DNA of 64,000 nt, taken from the NCBI GenBank assembly GCA_964035545.1, contig OZ037767.1:19546628-19610627 (forward strand), given 5' to 3'. The position numbers were made by a program, and so were the translations under genes. This DNA is from Bugula neritina (taxonomy: Eukaryota > Animalia > Bryozoa). The notes under the pieces are model-generated. The model was not told where the DNA came from, did no database searches, and was given only the letters and a program-made list of their open reading frames with translations. This document shows, one piece after another, positions 14,061 to 41,769 of this stretch; positions within the stretch are counted from its first letter, which is position 1, and each line of letters opens with the position of its first letter.

Positions 14061-16617
14061 AAAATCACCTTAATATCAACTAAACATTTAAATAAATTAA
14101 GCTAGTAAATATACCCAAACCCTAAAAAGGTATTTTGCAAAAGTTTGTATCACGAGTTTTACACTGTGAAATTTAAGCACTTTTGCCCATAAGTATAAGC
14201 ACTACCTCGATTCAAAGATGTTGCGGTTGTAACTGTTACACTTACCGAGTTACTCTTACTCTTGATCTTAGTCTTGCCGTCTTACAGTTAGTGTTACAGT
14301 TTAACTTACAGTTACTGTTAGACTAAGACTTATTCTTACTTTTAGTAAACATTAATGTTACTGTTAAGATCGCTTCCACTCAGAGACTTTCAGTAATACT
14401 AATACTTACTCTTAGTCTTTTGCAGTTATAGTTGTACTTATACTTATACTTATAGTAAATGTAATAGGTATACTCGTACTGACTGAGTTGTAGCTTTACT
14501 TATAGTTACACTTATACTGACCGAGTTGTAGCACTAGCTATACTAATACTTATAATTATACTTATACTGACTGAGTTATAGTTATACTAACAGTAATTCA
14601 AATTGTAAAAGTAAACTTATTCTTCATTTCTTAAACTAAAAGTAATACTTGAAGTTATACTAATACTGTTACTGTTAGTATTACTATTGAAGGATTACTA
14701 TTAGTATAATTGATACTAATAGTAATTCATTAGTAATTCAATATGTGATCAGTGTCACTAAAAGTAAATCTAATCACTAATCAGTAAATGTAATCAGTAG
14801 GAGCAGGCGTAGCGTAGTAACTAGTACAACTTGAACTGCAACTAAAAGTAAAATTAACTGTAAGTGTAATAGTAATACTAAAACTAAAAGTATTGGTAGA
14901 CTATTAGTATAAGTATGACATTAAATTTAAGTCATAATTCATAGCTGTAACAGTGTAAGTGTGTGTGAATTGGTAAATCACTAAAGGTAAAACTAAATTA
15001 AAATGTAGTATGAATATCAATAAGCTATACCCTAGCCCTTGAGCCTAGAACCTAGAGGCTAGTAGTATTAGTTGGTTTAAAAATCAAAATAACTATTCTG
15101 ATTCAATTCTATACAGTATGCTTTAGTACCTTTTTATTATAGGGATAACATAATTAAAGTTAAACAATAGGTATTTTTTTCCATCAGATCAGTATGAGTA
15201 TCACTATCACTATGGTTGTAGTGGTACTTGTGCCTGTGGAGTATCAGTATAAGATAATTATAACATTAAATCAAAATGAAAATGGCAATGCAATGATATT
15301 GAATATTAATAATAATACCAAGTTCAACTATAGTATTTTTTCTTAATTATAATAATGTTATTGTTAATATATTTTATTATTTATAATGTTAATAGATATT
15401 CATTATGATAATCAATAAAATCTATAATTATTGTAATTGCATTATTAATTATAAATCAATTTTTAAAATAAATATGTACACTCTAATTATATTTTAATTG
15501 TAATTTATATATACGTAGTGGTAATATAGGTAATGTCGTTCAAGTAATTATGGAATAGTTATGATCACTTGAAGTTTATTTGTATTACTATTAGTTTTAG
15601 CTTAAGTTTATTTAATTTTTTTTATTGATGCCATTGTAACCGTTGTTATCTTGTCTTTGATTGCTCTCCGGAGAATGCTACATCTAGAGCTCGCTTTTGT
15701 CTTTCTCTAAGCTCACCAGCAACTTGAGTCACAATTGATTCACTTATGATATTTTCAATCATATTGATAATGACGTAATTAATAATTTAAATTATATTTG
15801 TATTATTACTTTAATTCATAAATTAAATTTCAACTTGTTATAAATAACAATTTTAATTACAATTTCAATATGAATAACAATATAAATATCTGTCAATACC
15901 TGTTAATATTTTTCTTCGCACTAAACGAAAACATCCTGTTGGGTAGAAAGGGTGTGCATGTAGTTGTATGCATCTGTAACTAGTTAATATATCAATAATA
16001 ATAATATATATACAGTAATTTACAAGAAATTCATAACAGGCTTTATTAGCCGGTCTGTAGTAAGAATACAGTGTTTGCTGTATTTGATCCAACATTTGAG
16101 TCTCTAATTAGCTGTAGGCCTATAGTAGAAAACTATTGGAATATTTTTTTGTACTAATTAATCGCGTGGTTTTTCTTAAGCCTTAAACTTGCTCTGAACT
16201 GTTGAGAATGTTTGTTCAATCAGTGAGTGCTGGGTGGTATTCCTCTGTAGATAAAATTTGATTAAGCAGACACATGCATTTATTTTCTCTTCTGGGTGCT
16301 AGGGGTTTTATTCAAAGTTTATCCATAGCCAAGTTTAAATCTTCCTGTCTTTTTATGCTGCATATGAAAACAAACAGCATCTGGCAATGTCACTTTTATA
16401 AACGAAGTTCAAACAGCACAAGTATATTCTAGACGTGGTAGATATAAAGTCTGATAAGCTTTGGCCTGTTGCGCCAACTGTGGTGCTCTTATAACTATGC
16501 CCAGTTGTTTTCTTGCTCTTAGGACCTTCTCATGAATATGTGTATCAAACTTACAATAAGAATATTAGAATTCAAATTGAATACACTTGCAGGCGGTGTC
16601 TGCATGGTCAGGTGACG

Positions 16618-20494
<3,877 letters not shown>

Positions 20495-22052
20495 AATTCA
20501 TTGCAGCATTGCTTTGTTATGACTGATTTCTTTAATAGATCACAGGCTCTCTCCACAATATGCTGCCTGTTTGCATTCAATAAAATATTGTATTCAAGGA
20601 GTTGTCTTCTTTTTAAGCATATGGAGAGTACTCTAATTTTCTTTATTTTTGTATCAAATAATTGTAAACTTTTCAGTCTAAATATTGTCAGATAATTACT
20701 ATTCACTGATCTGAACTGCTTTGTGTTTTTATGGAATGAGAGCCAGGTATAAAATTTATCAAATTATATTATAGTACAAATAGACTTCAAAGTTACAGCT
20801 ATTGGTTTTTGTTCTACATTATAGAACTATTCTACTAGAAAGCGCTTGTCGCAGAAATACTTGATACAGGATGTTAACTTGTATAGAAATAGGCCAACCT
20901 TGTTAACCAGTGTCAACTTTTTCATTTCGTCGAGACTAAATATCATTAATGCCACACACTAGTACTAGTTACTGAATGTTATAAGTTAAAATATAAGGTA
21001 AATGCTGGAAACACAACTCCAACAAAAGCATGAGCTTGCCTTCAAATACCTCTTACTAACACTGACTGTACATCAGATATAATATAGTCCAAGTGTTGTT
21101 GATACTCCAACAATTCCCTCAATTTAACCAATTGTGTAGTATTGCACTTCTAAATACAAAATATGACATTTACTTGTACTTTTTAGCTGGTCATATTGCC
21201 CAAGTAGAGCACATGAATTATTATAGTGTTTGTATTGAAATAACAGTGTATCTTTATATGTCAATAGGCACCAGCATCTACATATTTCATCAGTTAATAA
21301 AGTGTGTTTGTCATTATCCTTAGAAAGGATGTGCCCTGTTCATTTTGGGGTTGGCTGGGAATGTGGGGCCCTCTAAATAGAAAATGGCCAGGACATGCAT
21401 ATTCTTTACTATTCATTTGTTTTATGCTAAAGCATTATTTTTGCATCTACTAGGACTGCTACCTGCTTAGTAGACTTCAATGCTCTGAGAAACAATATCA
21501 GCCGTTGCTTAAAAGTTATATGTTATCTCAAAAAAATTGTTTAGTTAAATAGTAAACAAAACAACAGCAATCAATAGGGAGGAAAAAGTCAGTTTTAAAT
21601 ATCATTTTATATCTACTTGTTGATAAATAATTTCAGCTAGGTAGCCTTTTTTGTCAGATATTCTTAATGTAACAATTATAGTTATATGCATGCTTTATTA
21701 CCTTTAATAACTATTGTGGCAATATTACTATTTCAACATACATTCATGTTTTTAGCATTGAACGGTGTCTTGAAAGATAAATAAATATCAAAACTATAAA
21801 CCATCACCCATATTAACGTTTTGAGGCTTCTACTGTCTAAATAGGATTTTGTTTCTTAGCAGGCCCCAACTGATACATGCATAATATATTCTAGGCCCGC
21901 GATAACTAAAGCTCTGTTAGACAGAACAGGTTTCTGCTTTGTTGGGTATATTTATTACCAAACAGATAATATGTCTCCTATTTATTTTCCCTTTTTTGAG
22001 TTTCAGTGCACTGCTTGGACAGTAAAGGGTGTTGTGTTGTGTTTCCCCAGTA

Positions 22053-22124
22053 GCCTCTGTGGTGTGATGGTAGCACACTTGCTTGCAAGCCAGAAGACTG
22101 GGGTTCGATTTCCAGTGATAGCAA
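22053..22124 (+). other. tRNA-like sequence (degenerate tRNA pseudogene or tRNA-derived SINE head)
   Basis: A-box-like TGGTGTGATGG and B-box-like GGTTCGATTTCC at tRNA spacing. The acceptor stem pairs poorly, so it is probably not a functional tRNA. Confidence 0.55.
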
Positions 22125-22303
22125 TTATTTTACAAAGGGAGGCTTCTATATGCTGCAAAAACAAAGAAATTCAGAAGAATGCCTTTCAAGGGTTTTATTG
22201 TTAGCCTATCAGCTCATTTTTACACTTATTTACTTAAGCAGTCAATTAGGTTCAGGGTGCTATACAGTACACTAGACTATTCGGTCTAGATAACTTGCCA
22301 GGC

Positions 22304-31239
<8,936 letters not shown>

Positions 31240-31406
31240 TAGCTCATTTATCAACAGTTTTACTCCTATTATAATTAGACAACATAAATGACATTGTTTG
31301 TTAGGCTAACCTCACAAATTGTTATTAGAAATTGCTGCTATAATATATGAACTTATATGTGATGAAAAGAACCACTTCATGGTACAGTTGTTTTATAGAA
31401 CAAAAA

Positions 31407-31842
<436 letters not shown>

Positions 31843-34042
31843 TAATTAAATTGTAAGATGGAATATCAAATTAAACTTAATTTGTAAAACTTAATTGGTG
31901 AAGCTAATAGCATAATTTTTTGGAAAATATATTTATATTCTAAAATTGAAATAAATCCATATAATAATTACATACTTTGCTTTGATTGGAGATCAACCTT
32001 TAGTCCTATTGTGTTATTTTAGCAAGAGGTAAAAGTAGGAAATGGCGTGAAAGTCCAATATTATGCCTGCTAATAACAATAATCATGACAACTATTAGTT
32101 AGTAATAATAATATTTTCAGCATAATTATAAGCATTAGAAATTGATTAAATGCTTTACTTGAGTTGCAATCCTATATGACTGAATGCTCCTGCTTTGAAC
32201 CTCATTTTATGTCATATAATGTTTGTATCTTGCTTCATGCATGTTTGGCTTTTTACAGTTACCTATGTCCCTATTTCTATAACTTTGATGCAGTAGGCAG
32301 AAAGCATGGCGGCCTCTTTGATGAGTGCATTTGTTTTTTGAAAGGTGTCATCAAACCAATCTTCATGTTTTTCTAAAAATGATGAATAGCATGTTTTTGA
32401 AAATTGAGTCCGGCCAGTAGAAATTCTCAGCTGCCTTGAGCAGCATTTATGTCAATTTCTTGGGTATTATCTGTAAGCTCATTTTAAAGCTTTTTTCTAG
32501 CAGGCTGGGCTGTGGAGTTTACACTCAATAATAAAATATCTCATGCACAAAAAAAACAAAATTAATGTCATTTTAATTAGTGATTGGTGGCGGTGTCATT
32601 ACTAATGTTGAGACATTCCTTAAGAACATTGCAAGCTTTTGTTGCACTATTCTCATCATAAACAACAATTACACATTAGTACAGCTTTAATTGGAGTTTT
32701 ATAGCTATGTTAGCTATTCTATGCTTTTCTGTACAGCACTTTTGCTACAACAAAAAAATAACTAAAAGACTGCTGTATAAACTCAACTAATTATGTCGTT
32801 CTTTCATTCAGTCTTTGGTGGTCATTACATATGTTAAAACACAACAATAATTATGTGAGTTGAACACACAAAAACGGAAGACAATAAATGTAACTGCTCT
32901 CCCACATAATAGATGAATTTTTATTACTGATGCGTTAGTTTACTCTTCTAATCATCACCATGAAACTGCAAAGTAATTAATAATAATAAATAAAAATACA
33001 CAAGTGAACCTGAAGTAGTATTCTAAAAAAAACGTTGACATACATAAGCTGAGAAGTGGAATATGAACAAAATACACTTCTTTCTAGGAAAAGTTAGTAA
33101 GCTTATATGTGGGTGGGTATTATATGAATATAAGCTGAAGGTTTAGAATGAAACTGGTTCATTTAGAAAAACAAGCTGAAATAATCAAATATTGAGTATT
33201 TACCTCAAGGTGACCTGTGCCAACACACTGGCAGCTGTGAGATTTTATAGATGTGGCATGTGACAGCATGCATCCTTATTTTCAATTCTTTATTTTGCTT
33301 TATTGTTATAGAAGTCTTTCAATTTACCATAAAATGAAAATATAGTTCTATATAGTTAAATGAGTGGAGGTGACTAAATTAACACATAGAGGTTACTGCA
33401 GAGAAGCAAATAGACTTTGAAATGAGAAATTTTAAATTTAAGTACGTTACATTACATAACCTACTAGTGATAAAATTTTTAAAAAATATCTCCATTGTTT
33501 TTTAATACAATGTAGTAAAAATAATTTAGCACAATTGTTTATAAGTAACATCAAATGATATAATATTACACTAATTTTCCATCATGCAAACATGAACATG
33601 TGTTTCACTAGTCAATAAGTATTTATTATTGTAATTATATGAACTTCACATAATATATTATATGTATACTGTTCTAAAGTCAAGGAAAGAATACATAAAA
33701 ATATTACAATTTTGTATTTTATATAGAGCAATATGCAGAGAAGAGCTTAACATTAGCATTACATTATTCTGTTAGTCTTATAAAAATAACAGAAAAATAT
33801 AAAGGGAAATGAGGTATGTGCTAAATAACAGAAATATTTTGATCTAGTAAGGAGAGTGCATATTAATATCTTGTAAACAAGATGATTTAAGATTTTGAGC
33901 TTACAACATTTGATGAAATTGAAACTACTATTTACCAATGTAAGCTGCATTGAAAATAATTTATCATCTCAATTCAAAATTAAAATCATTAAAACATGAC
34001 TCATCAGGTCTTGCGTAGCACTGTTCTATATTATTGCCATAT

Positions 34043-37000
34043 TCATCCAAATCTGAGTGGTTTGTCTTTGCTGTTGAGAGATTTAATAGTATTCCAGGGG
34101 TTTGTGAATGTGTAATTCTCCGTTTTCATCCACCAATTTTGGACAGGAATATTCCGAGCAGCTTTCCAACATCTGCAAAAGTACTGTCAGTTAAACTCAC
34201 CGAACTAGTTGAATCACCCCTCCCTCTCCCCCCCCCCCCCTCATACTAGTTGAGAGTACAGCACTAGTTGAGAGTACAGCACTAGTTCAGAGTACAACAC
34301 TAGTTGAGAGTACAGCACTAGTTGAGAGTACAGCACTAGTTGAGAGTACAGCACTAGTTGAGAGTACAACACTAGTAGAGAGTACAGCACTAGTTGAGAG
34401 TACAACACTAGTTGAGAGTACAACACTAGTTGAGAGTACAACACTAGTTGAGAGTACAGCACTAGTTGAGAGTACAACACTAGTTGAGAGTACAGCACTA
34501 GTAGAGAGTACAGCACTAGTTGAGAGTACAGCACTAGTTGAGAGTACAACACTAGTTGAGAGTACAGCACTAGTTGAGAGTACAGCACTAGTTGAGAGTA
34601 CAGCACTAGTAGAGAGTACAGCACTAGTTGAGAGTACAGTACTTGTTGAGAGTACAGCACTAGTTGAGAGTTAGCTCCCTAATAAGATATCCATTGAATT
34701 TTTTGTGCCTATATCCTGTAATTTCTTAGATCATTACCCATTGCCGGGTAGGATTAGAAAATGCATTTGTGTTAAATCTACCTCTACCTGAATCTAAACG
34801 CAACATAAGACTTATTTTCATATTTTTGTGAAATAATTAATTAGGTGGGTACTCCAAGGTCCCCTTGGGTCTTATTGCAGACAGAACCCAACCTTTCCTT
34901 ATATACTGATAGATAGCCTAACTTCCACACACTCAAGAAGATAAGACAACTTCAGAAAATATTTTATTTATCGACTTGATCTTTTCTATGCTGATGTAGG
35001 GAGGCTACCAAAGTTAAGACTCGAGGCTCCTTGCACTAACTTTTAATATTTACCTGAACTAACCTATAAATATTTATCTGCACTGACTTTCAATATTTAC
35101 CTAGGCTGACCCACAAACCTACCTCTGTTGGCCCAAGAACGCATGCATGTCCACTTGAGATGGCTCAAACCACTTCTTTCTGAACGTAGCACACATGTTA
35201 CAGTAGGGGTTGGGTTTTTCATGAAGTACGTGAGTGGCTCTCCACTGGAAGTATCTGCAGATAATTATTGAGCTGAGTATCACTTCTAACCTTCATTAAG
35301 TATCGCATGCACATTCTGTTGTCTAACATGCAACCTAAACCCACAGGTAGGTATAGGTAATCACTGGTTTAGGCCTCATTTGACAAGAAGCACCAAAGTA
35401 TTATAACTCATTATGAATTAACTAAACTCAAACAATGCTTTGGAATTTTACAATTTTACATAAAATTTTGATGAGCTTGTGGTCAAGCTACTTGCTTATG
35501 CAATCAGCTATTCTTGTATTAATAGTGCAAAAACAAATTAATATAAGCATATAAAACAAAAATTTAATTTTTAAATTTGTCAGCATTATTTATAAGTTGA
35601 GAAATGAGCTGAAAGTACACTGTTTATTTATTTCCCACATGTTTACACTTAATATAGCTATACACCTATGCCTGTTATATCTATATGTATATACTTATAC
35701 AGTGTACTTGTTAAAGGGTCTACCTGTTATATACCTACAGTAAACCTACTATATACCTACAATGTATACCTGTTATACACCTACAGTGTACCTGTTGTAT
35801 ACTTACAATACACCTGTTTTACACCTACAATATACCTGTTGTATACCTACAGTGTACCTGTAATATACCTACAGTATACCTGCTGTATACCTATTGTATA
35901 TCTACAGTATACACGGTATATACCTACAGCATACATGGTATATACCTACAGCATACCTGTTATATACCTACAGCATATATGGTATATACCTATTGTATAC
36001 ATACAGTGTACCTGTTATATACCTACAGTATACACGGTATATACCTACAGCATACATGGTATATACCTACAGTATACCTGTTATACATGCTGGGATCCTT
36101 ATCAAGTACATGCAGATAGGCTGCCAGCTGCTCAGGACTATCAAATTGGTCAGCTTGAATATAGGAAAGCTGTGGCACATGTTGTTCATAGTGATTACGT
36201 CTTCCCAGAACTATCGGTACAATCGCTAACTAAAATATTAACAAATAACATATGCCAGAAGAATATTTATTAAATCTAGATACTGAGTGTACTGTTTTTT
36301 CCAGATCTACAACAATTTATCAGGTGTTTTGGATCACTGTTTAGTGTAGACAGTACATTTCCTCGAAATATTTCACAGATTTATAAAGCTGGAACAGATA
36401 AAATGTCTAGAAACAAGAAAAGGCAGATTAGCAAATGTCTGCAGGTTAAGGTATTATTTAGTTTCAAGTATTGTTGAAAAATTAAACTCGAAAACCTGCA
36501 GGTTATGATTGGTTAAATAACTACGTCAAAGCACGTGATAATATTGTAGTAAAACAATCATTATCAGCACTAAGAGCATCTGTTAGCCGTTATATCTAAC
36601 CAACCAATAGGAATCTGCTTTCACTAAATTAACAGGTTATCTGGAAAACAGGGGAGGGCACGTGCTTCTTTAATGGTCTTATTTCTACCGAAAGAGTTTA
36701 AACCTTGTTTATGAAATTATTAAAAAAAGCCTTTTTTTTAGAAATGTAATTAATAACTCTAACATTCATGGTTACAATAATTTAGAGCTTTAAGATTTCA
36801 GGCTATAGCAATTAAATCCACAAAACACAGCACTCATTGCTAGTTCAAATGTACTGTATCAGCAAGAATAACTAAAGCAATAATTGCAAAAGAGAAACAA
36901 TTTTCTATAACTCACTGCTTTGGCATATCTGAAGTATTTCTCTGTTATATAGTCATCACAATCACCGTTTTCAAAAGAGATAAAAAACTTGTAACGCTCA

Positions 37001-38495
37001 GCTAAAAAGGCACATAAAACACTTTCAATACAATCCATAATATTTTATTTCTGTAGCCAAAACCTTTTCATAAATATCAAAAAACTAAATGAATACTTCA
37101 TTTTGAATGTTGCTAAAATGCTTCCAATCACCAATATAACAAATTTGATAGTTCCTTGAAATGCAACCAGTAAGCAGTTTTAAATTCTAGAAACCCATAA
37201 AAACAAAATTTAAAGCAGTTATTGAAACCAACAGATGAAATATAGTATTTCTAAGAGTTGGTCTGCAAAGCTCTACACACCTGTTTTTACGATGTCCATA
37301 GGAACACGCCTTGAAGTACCTTCAATGCATTTCCCATAGACATCGATATCTATATACTTGATCAACTACAAAACAACACCAACTCTATCAATATATAAAC
37401 TTTACTTGCTTATGGTTTACTGAATCTGTAAATACTTTATAGTTTACCCTCTACCATACGTATGTTTACCTAATATGAGTTGCAGTGTGATACTATGCTC
37501 TTTGTTTGCTTGTGGCAATGTGACACTAGGAACTATAACACTATGACACTGTGACACTATAAAACTGTGACATAGGTGTGCTATTTATATGTGGCAGGCT
37601 TCTCTAGTAAATGTTATGTATACTTAAAAAGCAGCTGGTGAATTGAAGAATAAATTACAACAAAAATTGATCACAATTGCTTATTATTGTAGCTGATAAG
37701 AAAGCATGCATACGACAGCTAGGTACTAGGAGTTGTGTCACCTTTTATAGACTTTTCTGATCTTTCAATTGCAAAAACCAACTGCATAAAGCGTCTCCAT
37801 TAAGTATAAAATTTACCGTACAGTATGCTCCATTACTCAACATTTTTCTATTTAAACTCTGCGCATATCTTGTATATGTGATCAGTCAAAATAAGCTCCT
37901 AGTAGAATAAGAATATTTGGCAACTCGTATTACCTCAGAGACATAATGTTCTCTGTGTGAAAATGGAGTATCACATCTACTGACAATCCAAATGACTTTC
38001 CTACTTTTTCCCACACTGTAATCAGCAGGCAGTTTGATAGGAGTTTGTCTGTAACTTACAGAACCATAGGGCCAGTTGACTGTGGCGTCTTGTTGATAGT
38101 ACATTGTCCAGTTTATTCCTGCATGAGTAGTATAATATATGTATATATGTATATATGTATATATGTATACACGTATGTATATATGTATATATGTGTATAT
38201 GTATACACGTATGTATATATGTATATATGTATATATGTATACACGTATGTATATATGTATATATGTATATATGTATACACGTATGTATATATGTATATAT
38301 GTATATGTGTATATGTGTATATGTGTATATGTGTATATGTGTATATGTGTATATGTGTATATATGTATATATGTATATGTGTATATGTGTATATGTGTAT
38401 ATGTGTATATGTGTATATGTGTATATATGTATATATGTATATGTGTATATATGTATATATGTATGTATGTATGTATACACGTATGTATGTATATA

Positions 38496-38566
<71 letters not shown>

Positions 38567-41500
38567 CGCACATAGTATACTCACCAAGGTTCTGGTTAAT
38601 GATGTCCAGGTCTGTAGACAGGAAGTGATGAGGCTGTTCAAAGAAGAAAAACACATATCTTTGTTCCGGAAAAGCTCGGACTATTTTCTGCTTTAAAGCT
38701 TGATATGCTTTTGAACCAGCGTAGAATATAACTACATCTGACTCGTTGAACCTGTGGTAGAATTATTCCAGAATACACTAGTGCTTTCTCTCTAATCTAC
38801 ATTATGGCACATATAACGTCAGTTGGCACTAATATAATCATAATAAGCTAAAATACTATAATATAAACTAAAAACAGTTTTATTATTTCATCCACTAGGA
38901 GCCAGAGATATTGAATATTGTACATTGTATCTTATAGACCACATGTTAGCACATAACACAAAAACTAATTCCTATAAATCTCAACGAACTTATTTGAAGT
39001 ACATTACTGCTGAGCTTCATAGGAGCTCCCCAATGTAAGTATTATTTGTTATAGTCTAGAATGGAATCATCTAATTAGTCAAAAATTGAGTGAAATTTTA
39101 GGTTTGGGATGTTCATGTGGATTTTGCATGAAACAACTTGTTGTGCATATCATAAAAAGATTCTAGTTAGGTCCAAAACCACTACATTCAATATATTAGG
39201 GCTTGAGTTTGAGCAAATTTAACATCAGTGTGGCATTTTCACCCACTTTTTCATTTGTGTCATTATTACTTGTGTCATTTGTACCTGTGTCATTTTTACC
39301 TAGGCTCTAAGTGTTCTGCTGCGAGATGTTACTAACGCTGTCATAGCATACTTACAAGCCTTATAGCTGTCGCAAGCTCACCTGGCAGGGTTTGAAGTAA
39401 ACTCACAGCCGGGCTCACATGTGTCAAACAGTTGCTTGTCACTATTGCCAGGGTCTCTACCTCTCCCTCCAAACACCAGGTCTCTGTGCATGTGAGCTTG
39501 AGGGTGGGTCTCTTTCAAAGGGGTCTGAGCAGCTATCTCTTGGGCTGATCCAACTGAGAAGAAATCAGCCAATGTGAAATTCGCTACACCCCCCTGCTTT
39601 GAATTATGGGAGGGTATTTTTCATTCTAAGCATGGAGAGGTAGTGATGGTTAAGGCATTTGTTTTAGTATAAATCACAAATTATCAAAAGAAGCTGTTAT
39701 TGTAAAGTGTAAACCATTTAAGCATTTCTGCTTGTGCTATCAAAACAATCTACAACAAGTTATGACAGAGGGACAAAAGAAGGAAAGCAAATAATGTTAA
39801 CTTTACATCTAAACCTGCGCATGTTAATCTATTTTGCTTGTTAAACACTTTACCTAAAATCAGCAAGTTCCTGCCAAGAGTTTTTTTGTTTGTTGTTGAA
39901 CTCAGATTTCTCAACTTTTCAGAGCATGAAGCATTCAATTGATTAGCTGTGTCAGTGTTCAACTTCTTGAGCTCGCTTATTCTTTCTGCAAAGTTCTGCC
40001 TTTCCTGCTCCAGAAGCGCTTGCAATCTTGACATGTTTTTCATCGTTTCATTAAACCAACTGGTTGACTTGATAGTTTGTAAATCAATATTAATTCTGTT
40101 AGTTTTGATGGAAAGCCTCGAACTTTGGTTATTATGATGTGGTAGAAATTCTAACATCCCAGCATCCTAAAAGAACAATTTCTACTTTTATTCACGGGGC
40201 ATCCCGTATATTTAAGTTAAATGATTTCAACTGCAAACTACAGTTTATAATAGTTCAGCATTATAAGATACACAGCTTTATTGAGCTGAAACGTTTTTAA
40301 GCTCATATGTACTGGAAAATAAAACTTCTTCAATATTACCACACAAGCAATCATTTAATGATTACAGTAGTACACAAGCTAGGGGCAGCGAGCTGTGGGT
40401 TGACAGTGTCTTAATTTGAAACAAATGAGCTTACTAGCCTGATAAACATGAAACCCAAACTTCCCACCAACAATTAGAAATCCGAACTCGGAGAAAAAAA
40501 TCTTTGCGGATAAATCACATACAATACGCTTCTATTGTTTCAAATGGATCCTCTCAGATGGATTTGGGTTGCTGTTTGCATGAACTTATCTTAGTGTTTT
40601 AATTGGATGCAACTGTTCCCAAACATCAATAAAAAATCCGCTGGCATAAAGCAATGGGGAACCAGTGACAGACTTGGATATAAAGTAATCTGCCTTGTTA
40701 TATTATGTTATAACTCAGTGCCAGTCTATTATACTTCACTAGCACTGCTATACAGTGTCATCTGCTATACAGTGTCACATGCTATACAGTGTCATCTGCT
40801 ATACAGTACCATCTGCTCAGTGGGCATCATACTAACATCTTTTCAACACACCAATGCTGATTAGAATCTAACCTCAACTCTTTGTTTTAAAGAATTTGAA
40901 AAAACAAACCTAATCAGGACACAATGAAAAGAACACACTGAGCTGCTTCTTAACCTGAATTCATATAAGTAAATTGTATTCCTGAGTGAGAAATGGTTAA
41001 CAAACAACCGATGAATTCAACATGCACAGCTTATTAAACTTGAATAAGATATTTCAAACTTTTTCAGACACTTGACCGAGTATTCTAAAACTCTCGAGTA
41101 TTGAAGCTAGAATGTGAATACTTAAACTGAATAAGGCATTATTTAGTTTAAGTGTTGATGACAATCGGAAATTCTAATCTTTTAAAAAGAGACGAAAATG
41201 TTGTCATGCAACTAGAGATTAAACACTGCATGGTCACTCCAACCTCAAAGGCTTTCTAATACAATATAGTAATGTAATAATAATTATAACAAATTACAAA
41301 AATAAATAATAAAACAACAATATTGTGGAAACATATAAAAATTAAATATAATAATATAATATACAACTAACAGTATAATCAAGTCATATAATAATGTAAT
41401 ATAGTAATATTGTTATACAATAATATAACATTGTAATATAATAAAGAAATTCAATATATAACATAGTGATATAAAAAGGAGCATTTTATGATATATCATA

Positions 41501-41769
41501 GTAACATACAATGTAGTAATTTAATACGATATAGTGATACATTATAATGTAGTATTATAGTTCAATAAAATGCAGTAATTCGATATAATACAATAAAATA
41601 ATAAAACAAAACCACCTACTTGCAAGGCCTTCCTGCTTGAATACCAACGCTGCTTCAAAAACTGATTTGCTAAGTCACTGGTATTCGACGCGTAAAAGAG
41701 AAAACCAATGCTGGCCAAGCAAAGTACGGCTGTACAACTCGCTGCAAGACGTCTGCTCCTTAACTTCAT
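34043..41769 (-). CDS. Alpha-1,3-fucosyltransferase (GT10) paralog B, 10 coding exons
   Basis: Exons 41769-41620, 40166-39854, 39553-39382, 38751-38585, 38118-37934, 37365-37281, 37001-36916, 36229-36078, 35254-35123, 34172-34043. TM anchor, [39 protein letters not shown] and YFQWR...CNMC. Intron positions and phases match paralog A. Confidence 0.93.
34245..34670. repeat. 18-bp minisatellite (ACTAGTTGAGAGTACARC), about 23 copies, in the last FucT B intron
   Basis: Directly visible; explains the LVLYSQ ORF. Confidence 0.95.
35685..36085. repeat. Degenerate minisatellite (ATACCTGTTATATACCTACAGT-like) beginning at the FucT B exon 8 donor
   Basis: On the minus strand it reads ACAG|GTATACTGTAGGTATAT... 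repeatedly. Confidence 0.85.
38135..38572. repeat. Compound (TATATG/TATGTG)n-(TG)n-(CG)n microsatellite filling FucT B intron 4
   Basis: Directly visible. Confidence 0.95.

Noticed and set aside
22053-22124. Functional tRNA gene
   Set aside because: A and B boxes are present but the acceptor and anticodon stems pair poorly; treated as a pseudogene or SINE head. tRNAscan-SE would decide.
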